A DNA stretch of 63,837 bases, filler included, from Reticulomyxa filosa (Eukaryota; Protista; Foraminifera): NCBI GenBank assembly GCA_000512085.1. It is 25 parts of 25 records of this genome, joined end to end, with 100 filler letters (N's around TTAATTAATTAA, not from the genome) between each part and the next. Parts side by side here need not be neighbours in the genome. Positions count along the whole stretch, not along the records: positions 39,819 to 43,699 come from ASPP01010686.1; positions 43,800 to 45,527 come from ASPP01026010.1; positions 45,628 to 47,421 come from ASPP01041375.1; positions 47,522 to 51,881 come from ASPP01029182.1; positions 51,982 to 52,981 come from ASPP01037538.1; 20 more parts are not named here. The stretch is one strand, 5' to 3'. Every line of letters begins with the position of its first letter. Positions within the stretch are counted from its first letter, which is position 1. The notes below the pieces were generated by a model. The model saw only the letters and a program-made list of their open reading frames with translations. It did not search any database and had not been told where the DNA came from. Shown piece after piece: positions 40,329-52,981 of the stretch. Both the position numbers and the translations under genes were made by a program.

Positions 40329-41827
40329 GTTTCCAAATCCTTCTTTGGATTTAGGAATAAAAAATTCAAAATTAAAAAAACCTACTCTTACACTGTAAAC
40401 ACTCTTTCCTAAGGGCAAGGGTAAGCTCTACTGAAAGCATGGCCTTTTTGAGAAAGAATGCCAATTTATATTGTTGACAAGATTAATACAAATTCAATAA
40501 AATGAACATCTTGCAATGTGCGGAAATTGACATTGAGTGATAAGTATACTGATGAGTTTTCACATACTTTGTTAGGCATTATTTTCTCGTTATTTAAAAA
40601 ATTTCGTTTTTATTGAAAGTTTGCTCAGGAGAATTAATTAACCTTTAGTATCACACTTTGCGCAGACATTTCACAACATAGTTAGCAAATGTATTTGACA
40701 GGGCTTTTGGAGTAACTTGCTGAGAGAAAGCTACTTTGTAAAAACTCAGTTTAGTATTAACACTTTGCTTGTTATAACCAAACTTGAAGAGAGATTCCCG
40801 GCACAAAGACTATTACAAAAATACATGTTGCAAAACATATTGCTACAATAGTTTTTTTCAAAGCTCAGCAAAAGAATTTTTTAATTTACAGACAAAATCT
40901 TGAACTTTTTTTTTGAAAAGTAAAAATTTTAAAAATACAGTGCGACAGGTGTTGTCATGGGGGATCCAACATCAACGCCGATATTTCATAGTTTGTTGGC
41001 ATTTTCGAAACAATTGATCATTTGACATCAAACGAAATGTGTTAACACATCGGTCGCAAAATAAATCCAACTTTTTCCACACGTCGAAAAGAGTCCACAT
41101 ATAATGCATTCATTTGTCGTGTACAAAATGACTTGAACAATGTATGGAAATCCAAAAAGCCATATTTAATCTGGCAAAATCCATGGAGTTGCTGGGCGCT
41201 GTTGTCTAAGTCGACGTTGTTTGGATTTTGTTGCGTCATGATAGCACTGCCAACATGAGACAGCTAACCATTCGATATACTTTCTTCCAAGTATTGGATA
41301 AAAGCTGGATATTTATTGTTGCGCGTTCAAATGCTGAGCAAAGTTCCTTTTGGTACTGCTTTCGTCATAGGATCTGCCCACGCGCAATCCTAATCGATCC
41401 GAATATGCCAACGACTTGTTCATGTTGGACTATTAACTATATCAAAAATACGTTGATCTCTCCCATTCAACATCAAATACAATGTTTGGTCAATCACCAC
41501 AAGGCACTTACTGTGTTCTATTTACCACTACTTTCATTCGTCGTTTTATTGCTATTGTGTGCAAAAAAAACAAAAAAAAAAACAAAGTTTATGAGGTTTC
41601 TTAAACTTGTGCAAACAAAGAAGATGTAAACATGATTAGTAACTGTGACAGTAACGTACGCATAAAAAAAAATCCCGAACGTATCCACATGGAAAAAAAA
41701 GAAGAACCACAAAAAAAATATCCCCAAAAAAAGAGCCACAGGAACACGCGCAGGAACACGAAGCAGGAACACGAAGCGAGGAGGACGAGCCGCAGAGAAG
41801 AGTCGCAGTGAAGAGTCGCAGGAACAA

Positions 41828-41942
41828 GCCACAGGAAGATCAACAGGACGATCCGCATGAAGAACAACAGGACGATCCGCATGAAGAGCAACAGGACGAT
41901 CTGCATGAATAGTCACAGGACGAGCCGCATGAAGAACAACAC
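41828..41942. repeat. 24-bp tandem minisatellite (ACAGGACGATCCGCATGAAGAACA), ~4.5 imperfect copies
   Basis: Direct reading. Confidence 0.85.
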
Positions 41943-43253
41943 CATAGCATCGTGGAGCAAATACGTGTCAAATTGATAACGCCAGAACTGTTAATATTTT
42001 ATTTCAATATTCATTCTTTTTTGAACACACACAAACACTTTCTCTTTTTTTACCTTTATCGAATTTTTTGATAGTAGGACAAATACCATTTTCGTTTTGA
42101 GGAAAAAGAGAAAGAGAAGAGCAAGAAATAATAATTAGATAACAAATAACAGAGTTTGCGATTACAAAAAAAAATCATTCATAAGAGGTTTCCTTTTTGT
42201 TTTTTAACAACTTCAAATTTATGTTTTAATTTGTTTTGTGTCATTCAAAAATCAAAATATCTTCACAATTGATATGCCAAAAAGAATAAATGGAAACAAT
42301 CTTTTTCCAATTTTTGCAATGTACAGAGTTAATATTTTTTTTTTAAAGTTAAAGTTCAAGTTTTTTGGGTTTAAAATATAAACTTCTCCTAATTTGAGAA
42401 CGACGAGCAAAAAAAATGAACTAAACAACGAAAAACTTTTTTAATGTTTATCAAAGCTAAAGACTATTACTAAATCGATAAGGTTTTGATAGAGAAAGAT
42501 GTTTCTTTTTTTTGTTTGACTTAACATTCTAATTTTTCAAAATAATTATTATCAGAAATCCAAATGAATCTCATAACTCCCTTTCTTCTGGTTCACTCAG
42601 TCGTATTTTAGTCAGAAATTCTATTCAAATGAAAGGTTCCTATGGCTATGTTTCAACTCAAGAAATTAAAACTATGCACACGACAAATAAAAAAGTTTTT
42701 TTTAACATTTCACAAAAAAAGCACGAAATTTCATGGACAAATACTCGATAACAGAAATAGCTTGTTTTTTTGTTGCTGCGAATACTTATTAAAAATTGAT
42801 ATTTGCAATTTTGAGAAAATAATTTGAAAATATGTACGCGATTATAGTATTAGTGCGTTTCATGTTTTTGAAATAAAACAAAAATGATCACTAAAAGGAA
42901 GCGGTGTACTGCTGAGGACAAACTGTGACAACAAAAAGTGCAAGTTAAAAAACAAAAAATCCAACAAACTCGTCAGCCTCACTTGGAGCATCGGCTTCGA
43001 AATTCTTTTCTTGGGTCGTTTTGAACAGTTATGTTTATTGTGTGGTTTTTCAGAGTCATGTCTCAATGAATTTTTCTTGTCTTGTAAACAAAACAACAAG
43101 AGCTTTTTTGTGTTGTTTCTTTCAAAAAAAAAAAAAAATGTTTCAATTTAAAAAAGATAAGCAAAACGAAACAAGGATAACATTTTTTTTTGTTCATTAA
43201 AAAATGGTTTGATTAGAAATAAAACAATGGATTGGCAACACTGTTGTACAATA

Positions 43254-43592
43254 GGAAACACGAATCTAAAAGATGAGTCATGTTTCATTGGATCATTTCC
43301 AATTGTCGACAAACCGCTTGGCATTGGCGCTTCCACAAAAAAGCAAAAAGTCATCCAAAAAAAGACAAGTTTCAAACGATCCCAAAAAAAATGGCCAAAG
43401 CAGTCGCAGCTCCAGCAAGAAAGAATCAAAGAAAGGTTATGACAGTATCAAAAAGCAAAAGAAACGTCATGAACTTTCTTATCAAAAAAAGGCTCTTTCC
43501 AGTAAAGTTTGTGCTGTTTGTTTGGACAAGAAATCTTTGGATTTGATGTTGCTCCCATGTGCACATGTGTTTCATGGCGAATGCATTAGCAA
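43254..43592 (+). CDS. RING-H2 finger protein exon, partial
   Basis: CAVCLD..LLPCAHVFHGECISK followed by a GT donor; basic NLS-like tract upstream. Confidence 0.8.
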
Positions 43593-44199
43593 GTGAAGTA
43601 TATGTATACTTTTTATTTGTAAGATGATGAAGGAAGGAATGAAGTAGTATGCGTATTTTTTTTTTTTTGATTTTGAAAAATGTCCGTTATTTTTCCCCTN
43701 NNNNNNNNNNNNNNNNNNNNNNNNNNNNNNNNNNNNNNNNNNNTTAATTAATTAANNNNNNNNNNNNNNNNNNNNNNNNNNNNNNNNNNNNNNNNNNNNA
43801 ACAAACAACGCATTGATTTGTCCTTATTTTATTATTTTTATGTAACTTAGTCTCGCTGTGTAATATGTATGCAAGTGTGTTATTGTAATTGTTGTCTTCC
43901 AAATAGATTAAATTAATCATTTCTTGTGTTCCTGCAGTTGAAAAAATCTTTAATCTCCAAGTGTTTCCTCCTTGAAGAGTTCGCTTGTGCATTCATTTTT
44001 CTGTATCAACAAACTTTTGCAGTGAATAATATTACTTGAAAAAAAAGATAGCATCCTTTTCTTTTTTTTTTTTTTTGAAAATAACAAAAGTAAAAAGATT
44101 TAAAGAAACATCATCTCTTCTTCAATACAATCAAATTAAATTCAAACACATATTTCAAGCAACATCTATAAAAATATAAAAGATCATTGCACATAAAAA

Positions 44200-45465
44200 A
44201 AAATTATTAATCTCCTAAGAACACGTACGTATACAAAATTGTAGTTCATTCTCCGTGTGGTGAGTACTCTAAGTGATATAGTCGTCTTCTCTTTGTCAAT
44301 GCATTGACGCAGTAGATCTTCGAAATTACGTTGATCTACGTATACTTGCCAATCGGAGGAAGTGTTTAGGCCATTTGAAAATGCATGACCGGAATGAAGC
44401 CTTGCGAAAATCCAAACAACTTGATTGTGTTCGAATATAATGTATCTTTTGCAGTTTGGCCTGTTCTTGAGCATGTTGCATTTTCTTTTGTTCCTCACGC
44501 GTTTTTTCGGCGAGGACAAGTTGTTGCTCTCTGGTTTTGCCCCATAGCACTTGCTTCATCTTTTCGTCCATGCAAACATCCACACACATATTATTCTCAT
44601 TATCCTTTATCGTCAAATCTAGGCATCCCAAGTCGGCATATTTCAACAGCTCTTCCACCATTTTCCTACTCAAAAAAAAAAAAAAAATAATAATAAAGCA
44701 TGTTATCTTCTTCCAACATGCGTATATTAATACACAGCAAACATTTACATGTATACATACACACACATATATACATAAATACGTATACATATATACGTAT
44801 ATAAGTATAATATTAAAAAACCATTGCTTATTTCGAACAGCCCAATGCATACACGTTTGTCCGGATTTTGGTGGTTGTATTTAACAGACGTCGAATATCA
44901 TGAAGAGCGTCGCTATTTGCATGTTTGTGGTGAAGTATCAGAACTGTCAGTAGCAATGGTAGTGGTCGGTACTTTGGTTTCAGTATCGTCGTCATTGCTG
45001 TTGATATGTGTCGAAGCTGTAGCAACAGTAGTAGCACTAGTAGTAGTAGTAGTTGTTGTTGTTGTTATTGTTGCTATTGTTGTGTTAATATTTTGCGTTG
45101 TCTGTAACAACAGAATATGCTTTTCGGTGATGCATTGCAAGACCGTTTGCAAAATGTGAACCAAGCAGTGATGAGCGACCCAATGCAATGGCGTGCGTCC
45201 AAAGCCATCGGAAATGTCAAAATCAATGTTGTTGCGCATTATATATTTATTGTCGCACACAATGACATAACGCCCTTCTTTTTGCCCAGCACCACGTTGC
45301 TGTTCGGGTCAGACAGCACGCAATGCAACGCCGTTTGGCCTTGTCCGTCGCTAATGTTCACGTCGCAATACTTCTCTAACATCTTCTCGATCAGCTTCGT
45401 CTCGTCGTTTAGTACCATGTAGTGCAAGGCGGTTCTTCCACTGTGATCTTGCTCATTCAGTACTT
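44200..45465 (-). CDS. Ankyrin-repeat protein, multi-exon, partial
   Basis: GRTALHYMV, GQTALHCVL, GRTPLHWVA, GQTCMHWAV. Confidence 0.85.
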
Positions 45466-45628
45466 TTTCATTTATGCATATACTTTTTTTTTTTTTTATT
45501 TGCACATATATGCATATATATTGCGCTNNNNNNNNNNNNNNNNNNNNNNNNNNNNNNNNNNNNNNNNNNNNTTAATTAATTAANNNNNNNNNNNNNNNNN
45601 NNNNNNNNNNNNNNNNNNNNNNNNNNNA

Positions 45629-46620
45629 GACAATTTGAATTAATTTGCTGTTTGTTGTTTTTGTTTTTACAGCGACTAAAATATATTAAATCGACGAGCG
45701 GTGCAGGTGGTGGAACTGCAAATGAAAAAGAAGGCACGTATAAAAATGTGAAGCAAATACTACTGTCTCGGAGAGAACGTTACAAAAAACTGCAAAAAAA
45801 AAAAAAAGTCGATATGCAAATGATATCCAGAAAATTAATGTAGTGGCTATTCCATGATGAATCAAATCAACAACAGCGAATAGCTTCAATGTGAAAGATA
45901 CATGAAAAAGTTGGACCGGGGAACAATATCGATCCGTCTACAATATTGGGAGTACAATCTCCAATCAAACAAATTGGCGAACTTTTTCAAGGCGAGATGT
46001 AAGTCAAGAAAATAATGAGTGCAAACTCGTGTTGATCAAAGATGATTAGAACCAAACAAAACAATTGAATAAATAATTTGAATAATCTGTCTTTTGAAAA
46101 TTGATTGAATGCTATTGTAACACGATTATGCCAATCTTTAAATACACTTCATCCAAAGAATGAGTATGGATTCAACTCTATTTAGTTGCTTATTTCAAAC
46201 TAGGTGATTCAAGTATTGATAAGAGCAAAGAATGGTTGAAAGAATATATTAAAAATGCAACTAAGTTGAGAAATAGTGAAAGCAATGAGAGTATGACACA
46301 TTTGTATTGTAGTGATAATAATACATTGTCATCTGTTCCTCCTCGTGAGAGTAATGTATTATCAATTGTTAAAAAATTGACCACATTGTCCAATTCAAAC
46401 GCATGCACAAAATTGTTATTTGAGAAGTCGCAATGTGGAATATCAAATTCGTTTGGGTGGTGTTATTTATGAATGGTTTAGGGATCAGGGAGGCAGGAAT
46501 TTTGTGTTCAAAAAAAGAAATTACAATGCGGCCATTAATGAAGAAAAGAGTAACAATGAGAACATGGTGAGTGTAAGTGCAAACAAAGTGAAAGGTGGAA
46601 ACACATTAAATAAACATGGG
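45629..46620 (+). pseudogene. Disrupted copy of an unidentified multicopy family; 5' part matches 55859-56077, 3' part matches 36555-36800
   Basis: Shared intron 3' end plus exon start (gtttttacag|c.act..aatat.t.aa.tc.ac..g.ggtgcaggtggtggaa); stops and frameshifts. Confidence 0.7.
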
Positions 46621-47579
46621 TGAGTTACTTTTGTCTTATTTAAATCAAAGCATTTTAAAAAAATGTGATTCTCGGAACGCAATTAAAGAATGATCAAATC
46701 TATATTTTTGTCATTATTTCTTTTTTTAACATTGAATTTTTTGTTAAGTTATTGTTTTGTAGCTAATTTTTGACAATCGGTCTAATTTCCTTTCGAAAAA
46801 AGAACATTGGTTTGCAGAAGTGAAGGAACAATACATTGTTTTGGTATCACTTGCAAGAGTAATATTATGCAATAAATTTACTAACAAAAACAAATTGTTT
46901 TGATATATTGTCCTATGAGATATCTGCGAGAATATTTTTACAAAAATAAATTAAGAATGTGACAATAGACATATAATCTATACTTCAAATCAAAGGAATC
47001 AACAATGTATTAATCTATTAGTAAAACTGAGTTTTGATGATTTGTGATTTGAAAATTTTGTCTTTTAGCATGTACGTGTCATACACAAAACCTTACAGCT
47101 CCAACAAAATATTACATTAATATAAAAGAATTAAAGGGAATAATTTGAACAAATTAAATTTATTTCGTCAAAAAAAGAGAAGATCAATTAACAGTCAACA
47201 CAAAGTATCAAAATAAAAAAATCCATTTCTGACAATTTCTTTGATGCTTTGAATAAGTTTGGGAAATTTATATTGACAAAATTGGCGAAATTATGTTGTT
47301 GTCTTCTGTACAGAGGAATTCACAACTCACACATTGACAATGAAATATGTAAATAAGTGGAAGCAATCATCATTTGCCATTTATCACTTCTCCAATTAGA
47401 TTAATTTCAATTTATTAAACANNNNNNNNNNNNNNNNNNNNNNNNNNNNNNNNNNNNNNNNNNNNTTAATTAATTAANNNNNNNNNNNNNNNNNNNNNNN
47501 NNNNNNNNNNNNNNNNNNNNNACTATATCCACAAAAAAAACTTGAAACTTTTTTTTTGGGGGGGGAATGAAAAAAAAAG

Positions 47580-48417
47580 TGAACTACGTATAGCCCCCGA
47601 AGAACACCCTTTACTAATGACGGAAGTAGCGTTAAACCCCGATGCGAATCGAGAAAAGGCAACACAGATAATGTTTGAGACTTTCAACGTGCCGGCATTT
47701 TACCTTGCCCCACAGGCGCTGTTGACATTGTTTTCAACAGGACGTCCAACAGGTCTGGCGGTGGAGACTGGTGATGGTGTGACGACAATAGTGCCGGTGA
47801 ATGACGGAACTTGTTTGCTACGTGCGTCGTCCAAGATAGACATCGGCGGACGAGACTTGACAGAATCCCTGGTAAGGCTACTTGAAAAAAAAGGGCACTC
47901 GCTCACTACCTCGGCGGAGAGAGACATTGTGAGAGACATCAAAGAAAAGCTATGCTTGATTTCGTCGCAGTATGATGAGGAAATGAAAACGATTAAAGAA
48001 TCATCGTATGAATTGCCCGATGGAAACGTAATCGCTATTAGTAATGAGAAGTTGAGCTGTCCCGAAGCCATGTTCCAACCCAGCTTGATTGGGAGAGACC
48101 AGGTAGGATTGCATCAGATTATTGCGGGCTGTATTCAAAATTGCGACATAAATCTTCGCAAAGACTTGTATAGCAACATTGTGGTTGGAGGCGGGAATTC
48201 TATGTTCCCTGGCTTTGGTCAGCGTCTTGCAAAAGAACTCACTTTGACCGCACCTAATGAACTTCCTGTCAAAGTCTCCGCGAAAGAAGATCGCAAACAC
48301 TCGGCTTTCATTGGTGGCAGCATCCTCTCTTCCTTGACTCCTTTCCAAGAAATGTGGTTTTTGAAGGAGCAATATGATGAACATGGCCCTACTTTGGTTC
48401 ATAAGAAATGCAATTAA
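47580..48417 (+). CDS. Divergent actin / actin-related protein, last exon (5' partial)
   Basis: ELRIAPEEHPLLMTE..NREKATQIMFETFNVPAFY..GDGVT..GGRDLT..AERDIVRDIKEKLC..YELPDG..RKDLYSNIV..FIGGSILSSL..EQYDEHGPTLVHKKC. Confidence 0.93.
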
Positions 48418-50808
48418 TAACACTTGTCATTCGACTACCACTATGGTCGAACGTGCCCCACTTTAATAATTTCCACAAAAAATGTTGTAGTTGACACTTT
48501 TGTAATCAACTGTTTGCGTTTTATAAGTGTTAGATAAGTCGATCTTTTGTCTTACCTTGTTTCCTTTCTGAAACATATTCGATCATTCGACAAAACTATG
48601 TCTTTCTTGTAAATTTTATACAATTTCTTCAAATATTGCTCGATGGCTCAATATCAGAACGGACTATTTTCTCAATGCTTTAATTTTTTAGAACAGTAAA
48701 ATCACGGAACACAAGACAAAAATGAGAACAAAGAAACAGTGAAAAGACTGCTGGTGAATTGAAAAGGAAAAGTTTTTGTCATAAAAATATTCAAGTACTA
48801 CGTTTAAGTAGTCGTCCTACGTTTAGCACACTGTTGTTGAACGAAACACAGACATGTCGTTAACTAAGACAAGTTCAGAACGATTTAACAATCGATATTT
48901 TAATTGAAACTACAAATCGTGACTATATGTTGGAGGAAACCTCAACTACATGATAGTCTTTGTATTATTACCACAATTCATAACAAGTATAAACGAATGT
49001 AAACATGATATTTTGTTGCGTTGGATATAAGCTAACTTCGCGTTAAAACTTGAATTGGATTACACAATGTATCACATTCAGAAACAAATCAAGATAAAAT
49101 ATACAAAATGAAGCTGACATTGCATTAATCAAATGTGACAAGATCTTGAATTGTTCATTGATCCCAATATAACTTATTACAACCATATTGATTACTTGTA
49201 TAACAAGACAGCTAGTAAATTATACATTTAACATACTTATGATCATACAAAGATATCAAACTAAGTCTTGATCATGCATCAATTGCTGCAATTAAACTAT
49301 TTCAAAGAGCAAATTTTTAAGATAGTTTTATTAGTATGAATGTTGAATTTATAGACATTCTAAAAAATAGATTTAAATGTTTATTCTTATAGAGAAAATC
49401 GATTCTCTATCTGAGTTTTTCTACTACGTCTCCAGGTATTTGAAGACCATCTTGAAACAGTTGATTAGTATTTGTTAAGAACACAAATTTCCAACTTTTG
49501 AACCGTTTTACTTATTTATGACTGTACTGTAAGACTGCTCAAAGCATAATACGAAATATTACTTACAAAAATTTTATAATATTCTGTAGTACAAGGTTAG
49601 GGAACCTTCTCAAATTTAATTATTTGCTTTTTTTAAAATTGTTTGAAACGATTTTCTTTACAAGTATTGTTTGCTATTGCACCACAATCTTTGATTTCAT
49701 CGTTCTATAGTAATATTTTATTTCTTACACAAATTATTCTTTTCATATTTTTCACAATTTAGTTTGATTCGCAAATTCGACAGCCACTTTTAAAAATTTT
49801 AGATATTTTACTGGACTCAAGTGTTCACGTGAAATTTGTAAATACTTAAAATACACGATTTATTTTAAACCAACAAAACGAAAGCCCCTTTATTCTTCAA
49901 AATCTTCACAAGTACTGTTGAAAAAACAAGAAAATTCAATGTGAATTTTTTATTTGTGAAGATATTATCACTTTGTCAGGCGAAATTACCTATTATTTCA
50001 AAACAAACAAAATTTCGGTTTTTTTTTTCTTTAGCTATTTCTGCCAGATCATGTTGAAGAATCTCAGAGTGGTGCATAAGATTCATCAAAAATATTCTGC
50101 ACAGGTCTGTAATTTTCTCATCATTAAAAAAAAGACATTGCTTTTTTTCTTACCAGAAATTTTCTGTCGCAATGTCGCAGGGGTGGGCTATTTCGTTACA
50201 AAAAGATTAAACATTAAAGCGCTGACGTTTGAAATTTTTTTAGATAATAAAGCGCAACATGAACAAAAAAGAAAACAAAAACCTTTAAACTACAAGGAAT
50301 TTTTAAAAAGGACCCCAAAGCGTAAGAACCGTTCACAAATCAACTTCCTGTTGTTCAAACCAAAAAGGATTTAATAATTATTGTATGGCTGTATTTGTTT
50401 GATTCAAAAGTGAAAAGAATTTTTTTTGAAGTAGTATTGCATCACAACGTCTCTATCAAGCAATCAAACCTGTTCTTGAATAGTATGCTCCAATCACTAC
50501 TTAAGTACGTGTTACTACATTATTGTGAGCATAATGTAATAAAAAGCATAAAAAATATTCTTTAAACGGGAACGGTTTGGCTGGATTCTTTATATTGTAG
50601 TGTTACAAAAGTGCAAAAAAGTTTGACAGATCATTTTAAGTAAGATCGTTACATTTTAGGTAAAAACTACATCTTTATCATTAAATGGATTAAATGTTTT
50701 CTTTACATTTATGAAGCCATTGAAAATAGTATTTTCCACATAATAGTATATAGATTGCAAAATCCAACAGCTCATAGTGGGAGGAAATAGAAAGAACTAC
50801 GAAAGAGC

Positions 50809-51837
50809 CTAGGAAGTTGCAAGACTCAAATCAACCGAACGCAAAGTAGAGTGTTCGGTTTGAAATTGAATATTTAAAGGTAAAGTGAAGGTCACATATT
50901 GATACGACCGTTTGTTATGAAACACAGCGCCGTGATTTAACCGAGTGGTTGTATAAATACTGCCATAATAGAAATCCATTAGCATTTGTTTGTCGCAACA
51001 GACGCACATTACTCCAAACTTGTGATCACTGGTCATGTCCAAATTAAAGGGTTGTTCCTCTTGAAAAAACTTTTCAAGAAGTTCGAGACAAACATTGTGT
51101 TTGAACTCGATCTTCGAATTGCCGTCAGATTCAAACAAGTGAGAAACAAACTGACAAAATAGATGTTGTTTCAACATATTGACCAACTTCCATTCGATTA
51201 CGGCCCAATGAGAAGCAAAGTGTTGCAGATTTAGTGCGTTTAAAGCGACGGGATGCTCGGTGTCTTCCAAAACAGCGCCACAAATCTCGACCATTTGCAA
51301 TGTCTTGCTATCCGTGTCAACGGCATTTGCATCCGTTTCGCTTCCATTGAAAATGGGCAAATGACAAGACACAATGACAGCAGTGAACCATTGATGAGTC
51401 TGAAGATTGACACAAGTGATTAAAGAGCCGATGCGTAGCATATTGGTTAAATACAAGTCTTTTTTGAAATCGTTGTGATTTTCTAAAACTCCGTATTTTA
51501 ATAAAAATTGAACGCTTGTTTCCACGTGCAGCACGTCTGTGGAGGAGAGATCATTTCTCAGCGCGATCCACAGATTCGGGAGATGCCAATGACCGTCCTT
51601 CTCATCATTGGCAATGTTGCTCTTTGGACTTTCAATAGAAACGACGCGAAGTCGAGTCGACCCAAACACGGGAATGTGCCAAATGTCACCCAATCGAAAT
51701 ACTTCCAAGAATTCGGATAACGATATTGTCGACTCGATTAGTCTGTTCTTCTATTCGAATACGTATACACAAAACAAAACAAAACAGATCAACACGCAGT
51801 GTTCCCCATTTCCGAATGTTGCAAAAGTCGAATCGGA

Positions 51838-51840
<3 letters not shown>
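50809..51840 (-). CDS. Hypothetical protein, 3' exons, possible Tudor/SH3-like segment
   Basis: ~310-codon open frame; LRIGSLITCVNLQTHQWFTAVIVSC. Confidence 0.55.
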
Positions 51841-51877
<37 letters not shown>

Positions 51878-51981
51878 TTTTNNNNNNNNNNNNNNNNNNN
51901 NNNNNNNNNNNNNNNNNNNNNNNNNTTAATTAATTAANNNNNNNNNNNNNNNNNNNNNNNNNNNNNNNNNNNNNNNNNNNN

Positions 51982-52981
51982 GTCGTCACGTATCCGAAAG
52001 TACCGCTGCCACTGGATTGCGGGCTGATCGGACCCGTTCCTCCGTTTGGCGGTGATAACAGTGGCAATGGCTTTGTCTGATCGTCTTCGTTGTCCATGGC
52101 CTTGTTTTCATATTGCAATTTTCTTTCTTCTTCTCTTTGTTGTTGTTCTTTTTGTCTCTCTCTTTCTCTTTCCCGCTCTTGTTGCTGCTCCTGCTCTCTT
52201 TCCTTTTGTCGCTCGATCTGTAACAACGAGTGATGCAGTCCACTACCCATTGTCCTAGACGAACGGATATCGAGGGACTCTGGGTCGAGCACTATTTTTT
52301 GGATAGTTAGGCAGTCGTCATCTGTCGTCGGTTTCGTAACTGCTGCTACTGTCTCGTGTTCTTCATGTTCTTTATGTTTTTCATGTTCTTCATGTTCTTT
52401 TTGTTCCTCATGTTGTTCATGCTGCTCATATTGTTCATGCTGCTCAGATTGTTCATGTTGCTCATGTTGTTCATGCTGTTCATATTGTTCATGTTGCTCA
52501 TGTTGCTCATGTTGCTCATGCTGTTCATATTGTTCATGTTGCTCATGTTGCTCATGTTGCTCATGTTTGTGCTCTGCCTCTGTGTGTGTCTTTGCATCGG
52601 CATCTGTATTGATATCTGTATTGATATCTGCATTGATATCTGCATTGATATCTGCATTGATATCTGTATTGATATCTACATTGATATCTACATTGATATC
52701 TACATTGATATCTGCATTTGCGTCTATATTGGTGATGGCGATGGCGACATCGTGCGGATCCTTTGCATGATCTCCGCTCTCCATTCCAAAGTCTTCTTCA
52801 TTTGTCATGTGCGCACGCGTATTTCCCGGCTCCTCCACAAATGTGGCGTCTGTGACTACGTGCTCATTCTTTTCACTATTTTTCCTTTGGCTTTTGCTCT
52901 TACTTTTACTTTTACTTTTACTTTTGCTTTTGCTTTTGCTTTGACTTCTACTCCTGTTTTCAGTAAGCTGTGGAATGGCTA
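51982..52981 (-). CDS. Low-complexity repeat protein fragment
   Basis: Open frame across the contig with (AK/VK)n, (DINx)n, (EQH)n and Glu/Arg/Gln coiled coil. Confidence 0.6.
52355..52716. repeat. Adjacent coding tandem repeats: 9-bp unit (EQH/EQY, ~52355-52566) and 12-bp unit GATATCAAT(G/A)(C/T)A (DINx, ~52602-52716)
   Basis: Direct reading. Confidence 0.9.

Noticed and set aside
41828-41942. CRISPR array
   Set aside because: Head-to-tail units with no unique spacers and no cas genes.
48420-50800. ORF 49973-50374 and the surrounding AT-rich stretch
   Set aside because: No motifs or coding-like composition; treated as intergenic.
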